Shown piece by piece: positions 49,400-61,319 of a stretch of 64,000 bases of DNA (its first letter is position 1; each line of letters begins with the position of its first letter). Position numbers and translations under genes: made by a program. The notes under the pieces were generated by a model, which saw only the letters and a list, made by a program, of their open reading frames with translations, did not search any database and was not told where the DNA came from. This DNA is from Anthoceros angustus (Eukaryota; Plantae; Anthocerotophyta), in the NCBI GenBank assembly GCA_010909165.1, contig MU008185.1, positions 372,001 to 436,000 on the forward strand, written 5' to 3'.

Positions 49400-50446
49400 A
49401 TTTGTCCATGGATGATGAAGGTGGGAGAAACTTCTTGATGATGTCTTGGAGCATCTTTGGGAATGAGGCGGCGAGTGCAGTGAGTGTGTAGTGTAGGGCG
49501 TCGTCCCTTGGGCAAAGGGCTATCGGAGATGGACTTGTCCTTCCTTCCAGTGAGGTACCGCAATGCGTTTCGGCACAGCGATATGAGCCCGACGTTGATG
49601 ACTCGATGGTGTACCTGGCCCAATTCACCATTTGCAGCCGCTACACGTGATGGCTACGTTGTTGTTGCTGAGTCGGTTTCTGAGGTGGGGAATGTGATGG
49701 CACTGCATTTGTGCGTTTTCAGTCCTTTGACAAAGACTTACACAGAGTTGCCAGTGTTCCATTTGGGCCCATGGCCACAGCTTGAGCCATGCATGCCTGC
49801 GTTACTTCCTCGGGGCCGGCGCCCATGCGACCCATATCGATATCTTGGTCTAGGCATTCCTCCGCTCCATGGGCCATGCATGCCTGGGTTTGCTCTGGGC
49901 GCATGCATCCCATATGGTCTAGACATGCTTGGGTTCCTTGGGCCACACACGCCTTCTTCTTTCCGTATGGGCCCTTGCATCCCGTATATTTCTACAGGCG
50001 TGACTCAGTTCTATGGGCAACTCCCTCGGATGCAAAATATTAAGGCTGCTTATTTGGAATGTCACGTGGCATGCGAAGGCGGGTTCAAGGTGTTTTTACT
50101 TACCCACTATAGTTACCACGAGGTTCGAGCCTCTGTATACAACTCGGGGCTGAAGATATGGACTGAACATGCAGGACGTGGTCAAAGGTCGCGAAGTGTG
50201 CTCTTCAACCTAACAATGAACACCCGACAAGATCCGCTAGACCTAGTCCTGTGTTTTGACGACCACATTGTCTCTATGGAAGAAGGATGGATGCATGCTC
50301 TTGACGTAGGTACCGAGCGAGGAGGTCCATCGACCATGGCGTCCTGCGCCCGNTCTCAACCTATATGCGCCATGGAGGCGGCACATCTCGCGAGGAGAAG
50401 TGCGGGGAGGCGAGAATGTGGTCTGAATCAGTCAGGTGGCATTTGA
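49400..50446 (+). CDS. F-box protein (F-box/kelch-like) paralog 2; F-box motif disrupted as assembled
   Basis: WEKLLDDVLEHL near 49420. The 320-aa ORF 49484-50446 has SEMDLSFLP, LCVFSPLTKTYTELP and FKVFLLT..EVRASVYNS. Confidence 0.6.
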
Positions 50447-50475
50447 TGCCGAAACGTGGCCTATTTTGTGCAGGG

Positions 50476-53360
50476 ATGAGTGATCGTGGGGATGCCACTG
50501 ATGAGGGGGAGGATATTGGAGTCGAGGATGAAGAAAACGTGTTCCAGTCGCTGGTAGGAGAGCCAGTCCCGAAATCTTATCATCCGAAGCCAATGTGTGA
50601 ATCTTTGCATGCCACTAAGAAAGTTGGAGTCGGCTGCCAGAGGAGACGAGCTGCAGGAGTTCCATTGCAGAAGTGTGACACGAACAGCATCAATATGGAT
50701 TTCAATAAGGCATGTTGCAATGAGATGTGTGTGTAAAAATGGACCAGCAAAAGATTTCGTGAACAACGATACCGGTATTTGTGCATGGGAAGACAGGAGC
50801 AGGAAACGTTTTTGGAGTCCCTGCTTGAGGTACAACGAAACGCCAAAGGTAATGTAAAGATTACAACTCATCTACCGGGAAGAGAGCGATTCCAATGTTG
50901 TTTGCGCGCATTCCGAAGAGTCTTTTGCCTTGGTCACAACAGGTATTCAGAGTTGAAAAACAGAGTCACTTTGCATGCCCCATGGGACGCATTGAGAGCC
51001 AATCCCAAGGAGAAGTCCCATCATGCCGAATTCGCCATATCTTGGATGGACACCACTTTTCTAAACATGGCGGAGAGACTTCCAAATGTCGAAGTGTTCA
51101 ACCTTCCCGACTCGTATACAAGACTTGAAATTTGGAGTATGTATAATTGCGAGGAAGTCGGATGAATATGTTATATGCATGGTTCTTGGCCAGGGTAAGA
51201 CACTTCAATGGTGAAGATCAACAAAGGTTTCAACATGCTCGTTATGTGCTGATTGAAGACAACGATTCTCAATCTGCCAGGGACCAAGGTAAGCACTACC
51301 TTTGCATTTTCATGGGATCTAGAGGCGTTGGGCGCGCCGCCGGCGCCCGCAATCTTCCAGCCAGCCGGGCGCCGGCGGGCGATAATCAATCTCCCAGTAG
51401 GCGGCAGGCCGGCCCGGCCGGCGCCCTCAATCTGCCGGGAGGGAGGGCGCAAGGCGGCCGCGCCTGGTCCTGCACATCCGCGGCCGCCGCGCCTGCAGCT
51501 TTCAGCCATGGGCGGGCGGCCGGCCGCCTCCTCTCGCCTGGCAAGGCGCGCCCGGCGCCTCCCCGCTGGCGACGGGCGCCCGGCCGGCTCTGCAATGAGA
51601 GCATGGCCCGGCCTGCGCCATGCTCATTAATAGCCATGAGGGGAGGCGCGCTGGCTGGCCGGGCGCTCTCCTGGAGTCGGGCATGGCCTTGTTGTTGAGC
51701 AGCTGCCGCGCCCATGCCCATCGCAACTATGGGCAGCCGGCCCCTAAAGGTCTTGATGGCTTTAGCCCAACGCCTAATCCGCTTTTAATGTTTGCAGAGA
51801 AATATCACAAATAAGTAGATCGCCCATCGCCACACTTCTTGCAACGCGCCAAGATGACTAAACATCTAAGAGTTATATAGAGCCACATAAGTATATTTTA
51901 TTGGCGATTGATGGAATGGACCAGAAGAAGACGGAGATCCCGCACATTCTGAGGTGGCCAAAGAACTTGGATGAGGAATGCCGATTTCAGCAATATGTAG
52001 TGGGGTGCATGATCCACAACTACACCCACAAGGCAGAGCTTTTACACTATGCCAACCGAATGATGCAAATTTGACTATTACTGTCATTCAAGATGTTATC
52101 CACAACTATGATGGTGTCTTGCCCAAGGTTCTTTATCTTCACCGACAATACATGCGTGAGAACAAGAACCAGCTACTATTTGCTTATCTCAACATGCTCG
52201 TGGACATGGGCACGTTTGAGAAGGTGAAGGTGGGCTTTCTACTGGTTGGCCACACTCACGATCAAATTGATCAAATGTTCTCATGCTTCTCCAAAAGCTT
52301 GAGACACAAAGAAGCGCACACGCTACCCGCATTGGCAGACATTCTCAAATGTGCCTACACACCATCGCCAGATGTTAAAGTGTTGACGGAGGTCCCGGAT
52401 TTTAGGACATATGTGTGGCCGAAAACGCGAGGAGGTAGCAGTGCGGTTTGTTGCACGTCAAAATCGAATAACTGCTGCCCAAGACAGCTCAAAATTACGC
52501 GAAGACAAACCCGGCTTGCCTTTGTCACCGCTATCGGAGCAAATAGTATTCAACATCCTCGCTATGGGAAACCGAAGCTGGATTAGAGTTTTTGAATTTT
52601 GTTCCTTCTGAGGGAATAACGGCTGCGCCTTTGTTGTCACTGCGAGCCCGGGATAAGAAGGGAACGGCAGGTATCCTATCACCCACTGAAGGAGTCGCCC
52701 ACTTGTGAAGGATTAAAAGGGTTGCGCCCATATGTAATCATCAAGAGTACAAGTGGTGGGAGGCCTTTTGGTGGACCAAGGAGATTGTCATTGTGGAGAA
52801 TAACATCGGTCTAGTGCTAGAACATCCTTGAAGTGGTTTTCACGTATGGGAGCATACACGACCACTTCAAGTCCTGGATGAAGCTTTGTTGGATGAGGCA
52901 TTATTGAGGGACCTCCCACAACGGATATGTACTTGGGGGCATATCAAAATGCGGAAGGCAACGGAAATGGCCTGATGAATGGGGACATAACGGAATCCAA
53001 GAGGGATGTTTATGGCGGCGGCACTACGGACATGCACATAATGTGCCATTTTGGATTGGGGAGGTCATTGACGTGAAGCTAAATGCACCACGACCTCACT
53101 TTCTTATCCAATCGGTATCGGACCGAGCACATGTATGCGTATGAAGGAGATATGTGCAGAATACATAGTCCGCCAGAGTGGTAACCCATTTGGTCCAATG
53201 TCAAGAAAAAGGGAATAAGGGTCATTACAAAAACATACAGAGGTATTTGTGAATGAAATTATCCGTATTATGGGTTTTGTTGAACGCACGAAACATCTCA
53301 GCGTGGACAAAAGCGATAAGGATAAGCTCATGAGTTGCGTGGTTTTCATACAACTCATGA
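50476..53360 (+). mobile_element. Sola-like (DUF7869-type) DDD transposase gene with intron, frameshifted; element ends not found
   Basis: RFSTCSLCADLK (~51230), LAIDGMDQKKT (51901-51933), LYL..DN..RENKNQ and FLLVGHTHDQIDQMFS (ORF 51978-52586). GT-AG intron at 51289-51797. Confidence 0.7.
51323..51775. mobile_element. 453-bp GC-rich MITE-like insertion with 11-bp TIRs
   Basis: AGGCGTTGGGC (51323-51333) and GCCCAACGCCT (51765-51775). Sharp GC increase. No clear TSD. Confidence 0.7.
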
Positions 53361-53822
53361 GTCAAAGTGTCATCAAGATAGCGATGACAATGCGGAGAAG
53401 TCGGACCAAGTGACGACGAAGGATTGACCTCCGGGATGATGGAAACCGAATCTCGCTCGGGTCCCGGAGTTAACGCTAGAAGTCCTGGCCGAAATGTTTT
53501 AGGAAATACACTGTCCTGGCTTATGTGATGTCATAACAAAACCACATTTTCCTCCCAAACTGAAGTTCTGCCGCTCTTGCCGGCAGCAGAACGGCCTTCC
53601 TCACTGCTCCTACTTTGCATTATTTCCTAGGTTGGAGTTTCGACTCACCATTGGCCACAAACATTGCTAGATGGAAAGTAGTAATTTTTCTCGGACACCC
53701 TTTTTCTGAGTCGTTTTCCTAATGCCTTCAAAACTGCTTTAGGGCCCATCAAAAACCCCCTTCAGAGATTATTTGCGGAAAACCCCCTTCGAGATTATTA
53801 ACCCCCTTCAAAAATTATCGTG

Positions 53823-53904
53823 TTACTAGGATGCCTTGCTTGTTTTTGGCGCTTTGAAAACTTTACTAGGATGCCTTGCTTGTTTTTGGCGCTTTGAAAA
53901 CTTT
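53823..53904. repeat. 40-bp perfect tandem duplication
   Basis: TTACTAGGATGCCTTGCTTGTTTTTGGCGCTTTGAAAACT occurs twice. Confidence 0.9.
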
Positions 53905-55299
53905 GTAACAACTCCTCTGTTAAGCAACCTAGAGGCGTATCAATACTAGGATGGAGTGTTGATTTTTAGTGGTTTGAAAAATTTGTAAATCATCCTGTGA
54001 TCTAGGACGAAGTCATGAATATTATTTTTGAAAATCATTTGTTGGTTGATGTTATATTCCCACATTCGCTTTGTATACAACATGTTAAACCTTTTGGCCT
54101 TACTCTATGTGCCCTTCCGATGACTTGTACCGGATCTCTTTGATTGGTGCCAAATGTCCGGCTATTCGAGTTTGATGCACGATAGATGCATAGGCCTTGG
54201 TTTCTAGATGAGCTACATTTTCCAAAATTCGACATGTATGATGGTGGTTTCTAATGGCCAACCTTTTGAAGACGACATGTTTCACAATGTTTTGCGTAGA
54301 AGCAAGAAAATAAATTGAATAGATGATTTTTCCTTGAGTAATGAAAGCCCGCTTGATGCTGAACACAAGCATAAGAGAGCATCCGCTGCCACCGCGAGCC
54401 CTAGTGAGAGCCTATCCGAAGAAAGAGGGTCGGTCGCCCGAGCCGGGGTTTTGACCAAATGGTGAGTATTTCGTGAGGCTCAAGAAGGACCTATCTATAC
54501 CCACTGTGACGCCCACTACAGCTGTGGCGCAGCTAGGTGTTCGTGAGACAAACTATAGCCAAGCTTCGCAGGAGATTTTGAATTTAAGATCTCGACTTGC
54601 TCCATGTGCCACCCATGGATAGATTAAGGTTGAAAGCTTGACTTGACAAGAAGAAATGTAAGCTCAAGAGTTTGATCAAGAACGGTTGAGGAGGCCTCAC
54701 ATCCTTTACCTTGTCCACCGCATGGGCCCAATGTCAGAGATCTAAGCGGCTTATCTCGACATGGAGGGGCCAGCAGTGGTATGCCCGTCTGGGATTGCTC
54801 AATCACGGGGTTTGAAAAGAGAATTGATGTGAGGGCAAGTGTGCACAAGCAACTTGAACGAAAGTGTTTGCCACACAAGAATTGAAACCCTCTCCAAACC
54901 CTGTGCACCTCTTGAGTATAAGTGCACCGGACGTCGCACTCACTTTGAGCATAAGTGCGCCACCATCCCCACTTGGTACAAAGGTGTCCTCATTTGTGCG
55001 GACGGGCACATTAGGTCTTCCTTGGGCTCGGATGCATGGGTGGTCGCAAATCATCAAAAGTGAAATGAGACATGTGCATTTCTGGATGGTTGGGGCCAAA
55101 ATGGGGTTTGGAGACAAACCCCTATGCTGAGAAACAATGCTTATCGCCAACCTCGAAAACCCAAAAAGCAGGTCTCGCGACCCTCCAAAAGGTCTGGGTT
55201 TAGAAGGTTTTGCGCAGGCCGTAGACCTCCTGTCCAAGTATACCTTGGATTGCCGTCAGGATGCCTCATCCGCCGCGTGCTGCACTGTTGGACTTCGCT

Positions 55300-56808
55300 T
55301 AACTCCTCCATTTGTTGATGTTGGAGTTGTTGATGCCAAGCATCCTCACCGACTCAAATGTGGTCTGGGCTCCTCCGGAGCTCCATGTTTGGTTCAAGCT
55401 TCCCATCTCGCATTTTGCTTCCACCGAGATACCACAACCCCGCCGTAATCGCTCGCCAACTCTTGTTTGTGTTGTTCCTCCTGCTGCGGTCGCTGGTGGC
55501 TGTGCCCCACGCTTGTTGTAATCGCTTGTACTGGACCAAGTTCCCCGCCTTGTAATCAAGTCCTGTTCCTCCACCGATGCCGCGGAATCCTCAGGTCAAA
55601 AAGATAACGATATTCGGCCGTGCTCCTCAAAGAAGCGCACAATTCAGGGCACGCCTGGTGCCCGCAGATCGAAACCACGCCTCAGCTCCGCGTGAGGTGG
55701 TAGCGAAAATCTTCCCCAATTCCAATTGTGCCATATTCCAAGCTAGCTTTTGGCCGATTGTCCACTCCTCCGACAACCGCAATCTTTTTTGGAACAATAC
55801 TTTCTATCACCAACCCTGCCCACAGAGGGCGGGTCCTGAATCAGCAAGAGAAGAGCGATGGTCCGCCTATTTTCCTACATCGATCACCGTGATTGATGCT
55901 TTTGCCCGCCTATCCCGTGCTTCATCCGCTAGAATTTCTACATCATATTGCTGGACTAGCACATATGGGTCTCTCACCATCTACTATGACGCAATCAACC
56001 TTGCAAAGCTGTCACAAAGCTTCACTAGAGGTCTATGCGTGTTCTTCTAACAACAATTCTTCAATGGCTCTCTGGCTTCCGCTGTATCTGGTTGCCCCTT
56101 CCAAGGCGAGACCCAATGCCAGTTCAAGTTCAGCACACAACACACGATAAGCTCCCCACTGTCTAAGAGTCCAAGGGCGCGTTTGATCGGTCGTTACTCG
56201 CAGGCATAGTTGAGACACCAACAATGCCCACATGAAAATACGCCCACGGTAGATTTTGCTCAACCTGAGCAACTTCTCGACATAACGGGCGAGTATCGAA
56301 TCGGCTGCTTGAGGACAAGAAACCAACCGTGTTTTCTTATCTCGTAAAAGCACTCCTGCCCCTGGTCAAGGCGCTTAAGCGTCGGGCTATTGACAACACC
56401 CACTCCCTAAGGTTTCGATCTATTCCCAACTGCCGACCATGTTGCATTTGCCACCACGCTTCCCTTCGTGTCAGGCTTCCAAGTCCTATTGAGCTTTCCC
56501 AGCTGAGGGGGGGTTTTCCATGACTAGGAGAGGGTGTATGCAACACCTATCCGATTCTCCACACCCTTTCCTGCCATAGGAAACTTCACGATCAGCTACG
56601 TGAGTCAACCGATGCTACTCTCAAAGTGCTGGTCGAAGGCTCTGATACCAAAATGTAACGACAGAAAAGCGCCTCCGAGCTCAGCGTGTATTTAACATCC
56701 CGTGATCATATTTCTAAATCGTGACATGACTCACTACGGTGAATCGTATTGCCTTATCCGCACGCACTTTGCTATATGCGAGCACGGTCTGGGATATGTA
56801 TCCTATAC
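55300..56808 (-). mobile_element. Truncated LTR retrotransposon 5' end (tRNA-iMet PBS, gag-like remnant); boundaries approximate
   Basis: GCTCTGATACCA at 56639-56650 is the reverse complement of TGGTATCAGAGC and abuts TGTAAC at 56654. Degenerate gag-like minus ORFs follow. Confidence 0.65.
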
Positions 56809-57048
56809 ATATACGTATATACTCATATATATACGTATATATCATTACATGAAGTCTATGAAAATTAACTCTTTATAACTATCCAAAACATTAATATTAA
56901 TCTTGTCTAAACACTGGAATATTATGTAGTCTTTGATAATATTACCTTTTATTGTTGCCTAAATTTTATGAGAACCAAATAACAACAACCATATAAGATA
57001 AATCAACGGGCACTAGCCCCCCCAATGTCACCCAGCAATACACTCGAG

Positions 57049-57308
57049 GATATCCCGGGCCAATGATGTCATCCAACACCTACATGACTAGGCTGTCAAA
57101 TTCCCTCGAGCTTGATAGAGAGGAGGAGAGGGAGGTATCCTGGGCCGATGATGTTACCCAACATCTACGTGACCAGGCTGTTAAAGTCCTTCAGGCTTGA
57201 TAGAAAAGGAGGAGAGGGAGGTATCCTGGGCCAATGATGTCACCCAACACCTACATGACCAGGCTGTCAAAGTCCCTCAGGCTTGATAGAAAAGGAGGAG
57301 AGGGAGGC
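57049..57308. repeat. ~86-bp minisatellite, 3 units
   Basis: GGTATCCTGGGCCAATGATGTCACCCAACACCTACATGACCAGGCTGTCAAAGTCCCTCAGGCTTGATAGAAAAGGAGGAGAGGGAG, three degenerate copies. Confidence 0.9.
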
Positions 57309-57959
57309 ATAATTCGAATAAGGTAGCCTAGGCGATGCGCGAAATAGGAAGAGGAGATGAGACCAAATGCCACTTGTGAGTCCCCTAATAGATAGGTTAC
57401 CAATGTGGACCAAGTTCTCCTTTAAATCTGTGTCCGCGTGCTCGTGTATAACGCTAGGGGGCCTCATCGAAACGCAAAAGTTCCTACAAAGAATCAATAT
57501 CCTCCACCTCTTCCTTGATCTTATCTCCCAGCCCTAAGAAATGAGTGTCGGCCGCCACTAACGGATAGAGACAATCTCAAACCAAGGAGACAGTGACCGA
57601 CAATGCCTTCATACTGGTAACTGATAACTGATAACGAATACAAGGGGGTAATTTTGCACACAGAGACCTCACACGAGGGAGGTTAGCACGCCTAGGTAAA
57701 CTGGGGCAATTTGCAAAACCAAACCTACTAGTACTACAACTAAGGCTAAGGCTAAAGCTAGGGCCCTAATGACCAAGGTGCGCTTGCCAAATCCTATTGT
57801 TGAGTACGCCATGGCAAAGAGCGCACCCCGGGCCATAGCTCGATCCGCTTGCCTAGTGCTAGTTGCCGAGTCAAACATGCATATGAAGACCCCTTTCACT
57901 AAGGAACCATACTGATAATAGAGGTCAAATGGGGAACCATAAAAGGAACAAACAAAAAG

Positions 57960-58300
57960 AGTAAGACTGCCAGCTGCTTGCCCACATCCTTGAGCTCGTC
58001 AAAAATGGTGGCCATGGAGACAATGTTGAAAGCATTATGAACATCGACTTGTAGGGCTACCTAATCAGAATGTGACTCTGGAATCGTCGGCGCCTTGACA
58101 CCGAAGGCCACTGGCTCAAAGTCCCCCGGAATGGCAATCCCAAGTTGATGGGGGCTAAGATATGGGCCTGGAATTGCTCCCGGAGCTGGAGGGCAATGCA
58201 CCGGCTAATGAGCCACAAGAACCCCTCCTCCATGGCGATAGGGCGTACCCCTAGTGTGGGCTTATCTATAACCAATAACTTACTAGCACCCAACACCTGA
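57960..58300 (-). mobile_element. Non-LTR retrotransposon RT fragment (CRE/NeSL/R2-like motifs)
   Basis: GVRPIAMEE...LREQFQAHIL...VALQVDVHNAFNIVSMATIFDEL. Confidence 0.7.
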
Positions 58301-58439
58301 CACAGTCAAAAACACTCGCCATAGTCGTTGCTAGAAATTAATGAAAAGCTCTGAAAAACCATTATAAGGATCCTCGGGAGTAAATCTTAGTTTGACAAGT
58401 ATGGCGACCATTAGAGATAACAAAAGTTACTTGATGTAG

Positions 58440-58700
58440 AATATCTCCGCATGCCGTTGCTATCAAACTTCACGAAGGTGATTGCGAGATTCAAAATCAA
58501 AGGTCATAAGCTACATAGCATAACATGAAGGGGACGTATGTTAAGAAATGACAGACTGTGCCAACAATGCAACATCAAGGAGGTCGCAGACGAAACACAT
58601 TTCCTATTCAAATGCGTTGCAATACAAGAATGTAGAGAAGCCTACAACAGCCTGTTCGAAGGAAGGTAGAAAATGTTAGAGATTGCCACCGCCATGCCCA
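58440..58700 (+). mobile_element. LINE 3' coding fragment (zf-RVT)
   Basis: IARFKIKGHKL...RLCQQCNIKEVADETHFLFKCVAIQECR. Confidence 0.7.
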
Positions 58701-60308
58701 TATAGGTCGCTTTGTTCGTAGCCAAATCCAAAATAAATCGAAGAACATATCACCTGAGCGGAGAATGAATCAAGATCATGACACATGGAAGTACGCCATG
58801 AGGTAAGAACTTGCATTCATATAAGCACTTCCTTAACATACAACTAAGCAAAAGAAATCTAATACGCAAATATAGATGCAAACCAATAACAATAGGAGAG
58901 AGTAGCTCGCACATCGTGGCACAAACACACTCTCACAACATGCAAATTCACACATCGCCCGAGTCATAGTTTTGGCCTCCTCACAACACCCTTGAATTGC
59001 ATATCTAGAGGACAAGCTATGATATGAGCTTGTCCTCTGTGAAAGGGTCTATATATACCAGCCCTTGGCATCAGCATATTCCTAAGATATCTTGCTGGGC
59101 AGATGGACGGGTTGGGGCCCCAATTTTGTTTGCCCCATGCGTAGTTGAGGATAGTCGGCTGATTCCAATGTGGTAGGGATCGTGCCTTGCTGTAGCAATA
59201 CTTCCCTCGTTTGTGCCTAAGGGCTTAGGATTTTGCCCAGGCTCTTTGTTCTCCTTTGAGACTCTGCGTGGTTTCCGTTTTTGCCGTCCAGACATGTTTT
59301 GGTCTTGAGCTTTTCTAGCCTCTTGTCATGAGCTTCAACTGTAATGTCTTCTATCTTTAAAGTCTGTACAGATGGACCGCTAAAACAAATGCCTAACGGA
59401 TGGACGCGGAAGAAAGGGGCCCGTAAAAAAAATAAACCAAATTTCTTGAAAAAGGATGAAACACAAGGAAAAAGATAAAAAGAAAGAGGGCCAGAAAAAG
59501 AATAAATAAATAGATACGGATGGATGAAACAAAAGAAAAGTGGTCAGAAGGTATAAAAGGAATTCAGAGATAAAAAGAAAATTAGTAGAGATAGGATCAA
59601 TAAAGATATAAAGAAAAAATATTTACTGAAATATAATATAAATAAAGATGATTTAAAAATAAATAGAGGTCTTACTTTGATTTACTTATTTTTGATAAAT
59701 GGATATAAGTGAAGATGAATAGATCTAGCCAAGAATAGATAAAGATTGATCGTATTTATCAAAAATTAATTAAAATAGATTGAAACCAGAAAGATTAGAG
59801 GTATAAGAAAAGATAAAGAATATGGAATCTCCGTCACACGGGCGTGTGTGACTCTTTGTTTTGTTATACGCTACGAATATGCCACGACATCTTTTAGATA
59901 CCACGACACATATAATACATGCCATAATACACATGTCAGCACATGCGTTCGCGTGGGCAAAAACTTCTATTACACGTAGGCATGGTGTTCCCATTGTGGC
60001 ATGCATATGTTTTCTTTAGGGTTTCGGTCCCATCAACACACATACATGTTAAACATGCGGGCAAGACATCCATACACAAATTTTAGTTCGCAAGTATGGC
60101 CCGTGTGCACGGTTCCCATTTGCTCAAGGCCTCGATCTCGCGGTCTCGCTTTTGCCACGCTCTCGCATGTGTCTGGCGCTCTCGCTCTCGCATGTGTCTG
60201 GCGCGACCATCGGTAGAATATGCATGCTCACAATCGAGACAGATTCAACAGCGGCATCTGATGGCATGGACAGGCCATGTAGTCCAGTAGGCCCTTTGAA
60301 CTGCACGC

Positions 60309-60857
60309 TTGTGCATTGCAAGCTTTGAATGCAAGCCGTATGTCTTGTTGCGAAGCCCTTTTCCTGGTCCTTCCGGTACAAGCTTGTTTCGGGTAGTTGG
60401 TGCTATGTGTTGCCTCCGTAAGCGCAGGTCTAGGAAACATTGCAGCCATGTCGGCCGAAAACACCTGCAGTCTTGCACGCGTAAGGGCAACGCCTTTTCG
60501 GCCGCAAACACAGACGTAGGCGCAACGCAACGCCATTGCATACCGAAGCGCGCTTACGCAACCGACAACCCTAACAAATTGTGGATGCGGCGGTCGCGAC
60601 ATGGCATAATGCGTGCCGCAATGGCGGCGCAAAATGACCTCAACGCAACCCTAACCCCAAAAGAAGAAAAGTTTCTATATGTTGTGGAATCATTTTGTAT
60701 CATGAGGAAGGTTGACCACATCGACACCGGGGCCGCAGTTTCAACCGATGTGGTCATGATGATATGCCGAAATAGTGCCAGACAAGTGGACTATTTCTTT
60801 CTCGCCCACAACCCTAAAAAAATGTGGATGCCGCGTGACCAGATTGGTATTCCATAA
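60309..60857 (+). CDS. Hypothetical 182-aa ORF
   Basis: Open frame only; no motif recognised. Confidence 0.2.
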   Translation: MCIASFECKPYVLLRSPFPGPSGTSLFRVVGAMCCLRKRRSRKHCSHVGRKHLQSCTRKGNAFSAANTDVGATQRHCIPKRAYATDNPNKLWMRRSRHGIMRAAMAAQNDLNATLTPKEEKFLYVVESFCIMRKVDHIDTGAAVSTDVVMMICRNSARQVDYFFLAHNPKKMWMPRDQIGIP

Positions 60858-60939
60858 AAGAAAAGGTTTTTTAGGAACTAAATTATATAAAGATCTTTTA
60901 ACTAAAACTAAAATGAATTCAAAATGTATAATATGGTGC

Positions 60940-61210
60940 ACAATATTATATATAAAAAAACTGAATTAAATACTAATTTATTTGCAATAAGTTAATAAAT
61001 TTATTTATATATATATAATATATAATATAATATATAATATAATATATAATATATAGATATATATTAAAATATATCTATAAAATCTACATCTATATACAAT
61101 ATATATCCATTATATATAATATATCCATATATTAAAAATGATAGATATATATTAAAAGGATTAAAAAATATTATATGATGCTGTATAAAAAAAGATATAT
61201 ATAAAACTAG
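60940..61210. repeat. AT-rich low-complexity / (ATATA)n tract
   Basis: Almost entirely A/T with repeated TATAA/TATA units. Confidence 0.9.
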
Positions 61211-61319
61211 GTCTGGATGTCAATTAGAAGGGGGAAATGGGGAGAGAAGAAAGGAGAATGTAAGCGAAAAGTAACGCGGAGAGAAAGCGAGGAGACGACG
61301 CAAAAATGATGTAAATTCC

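Noticed and set aside
51147-51726. Overlapping 111-183-aa ORFs on both strands
   Set aside because: They arise from stop-poor GC-rich MITE sequence inside an intron.
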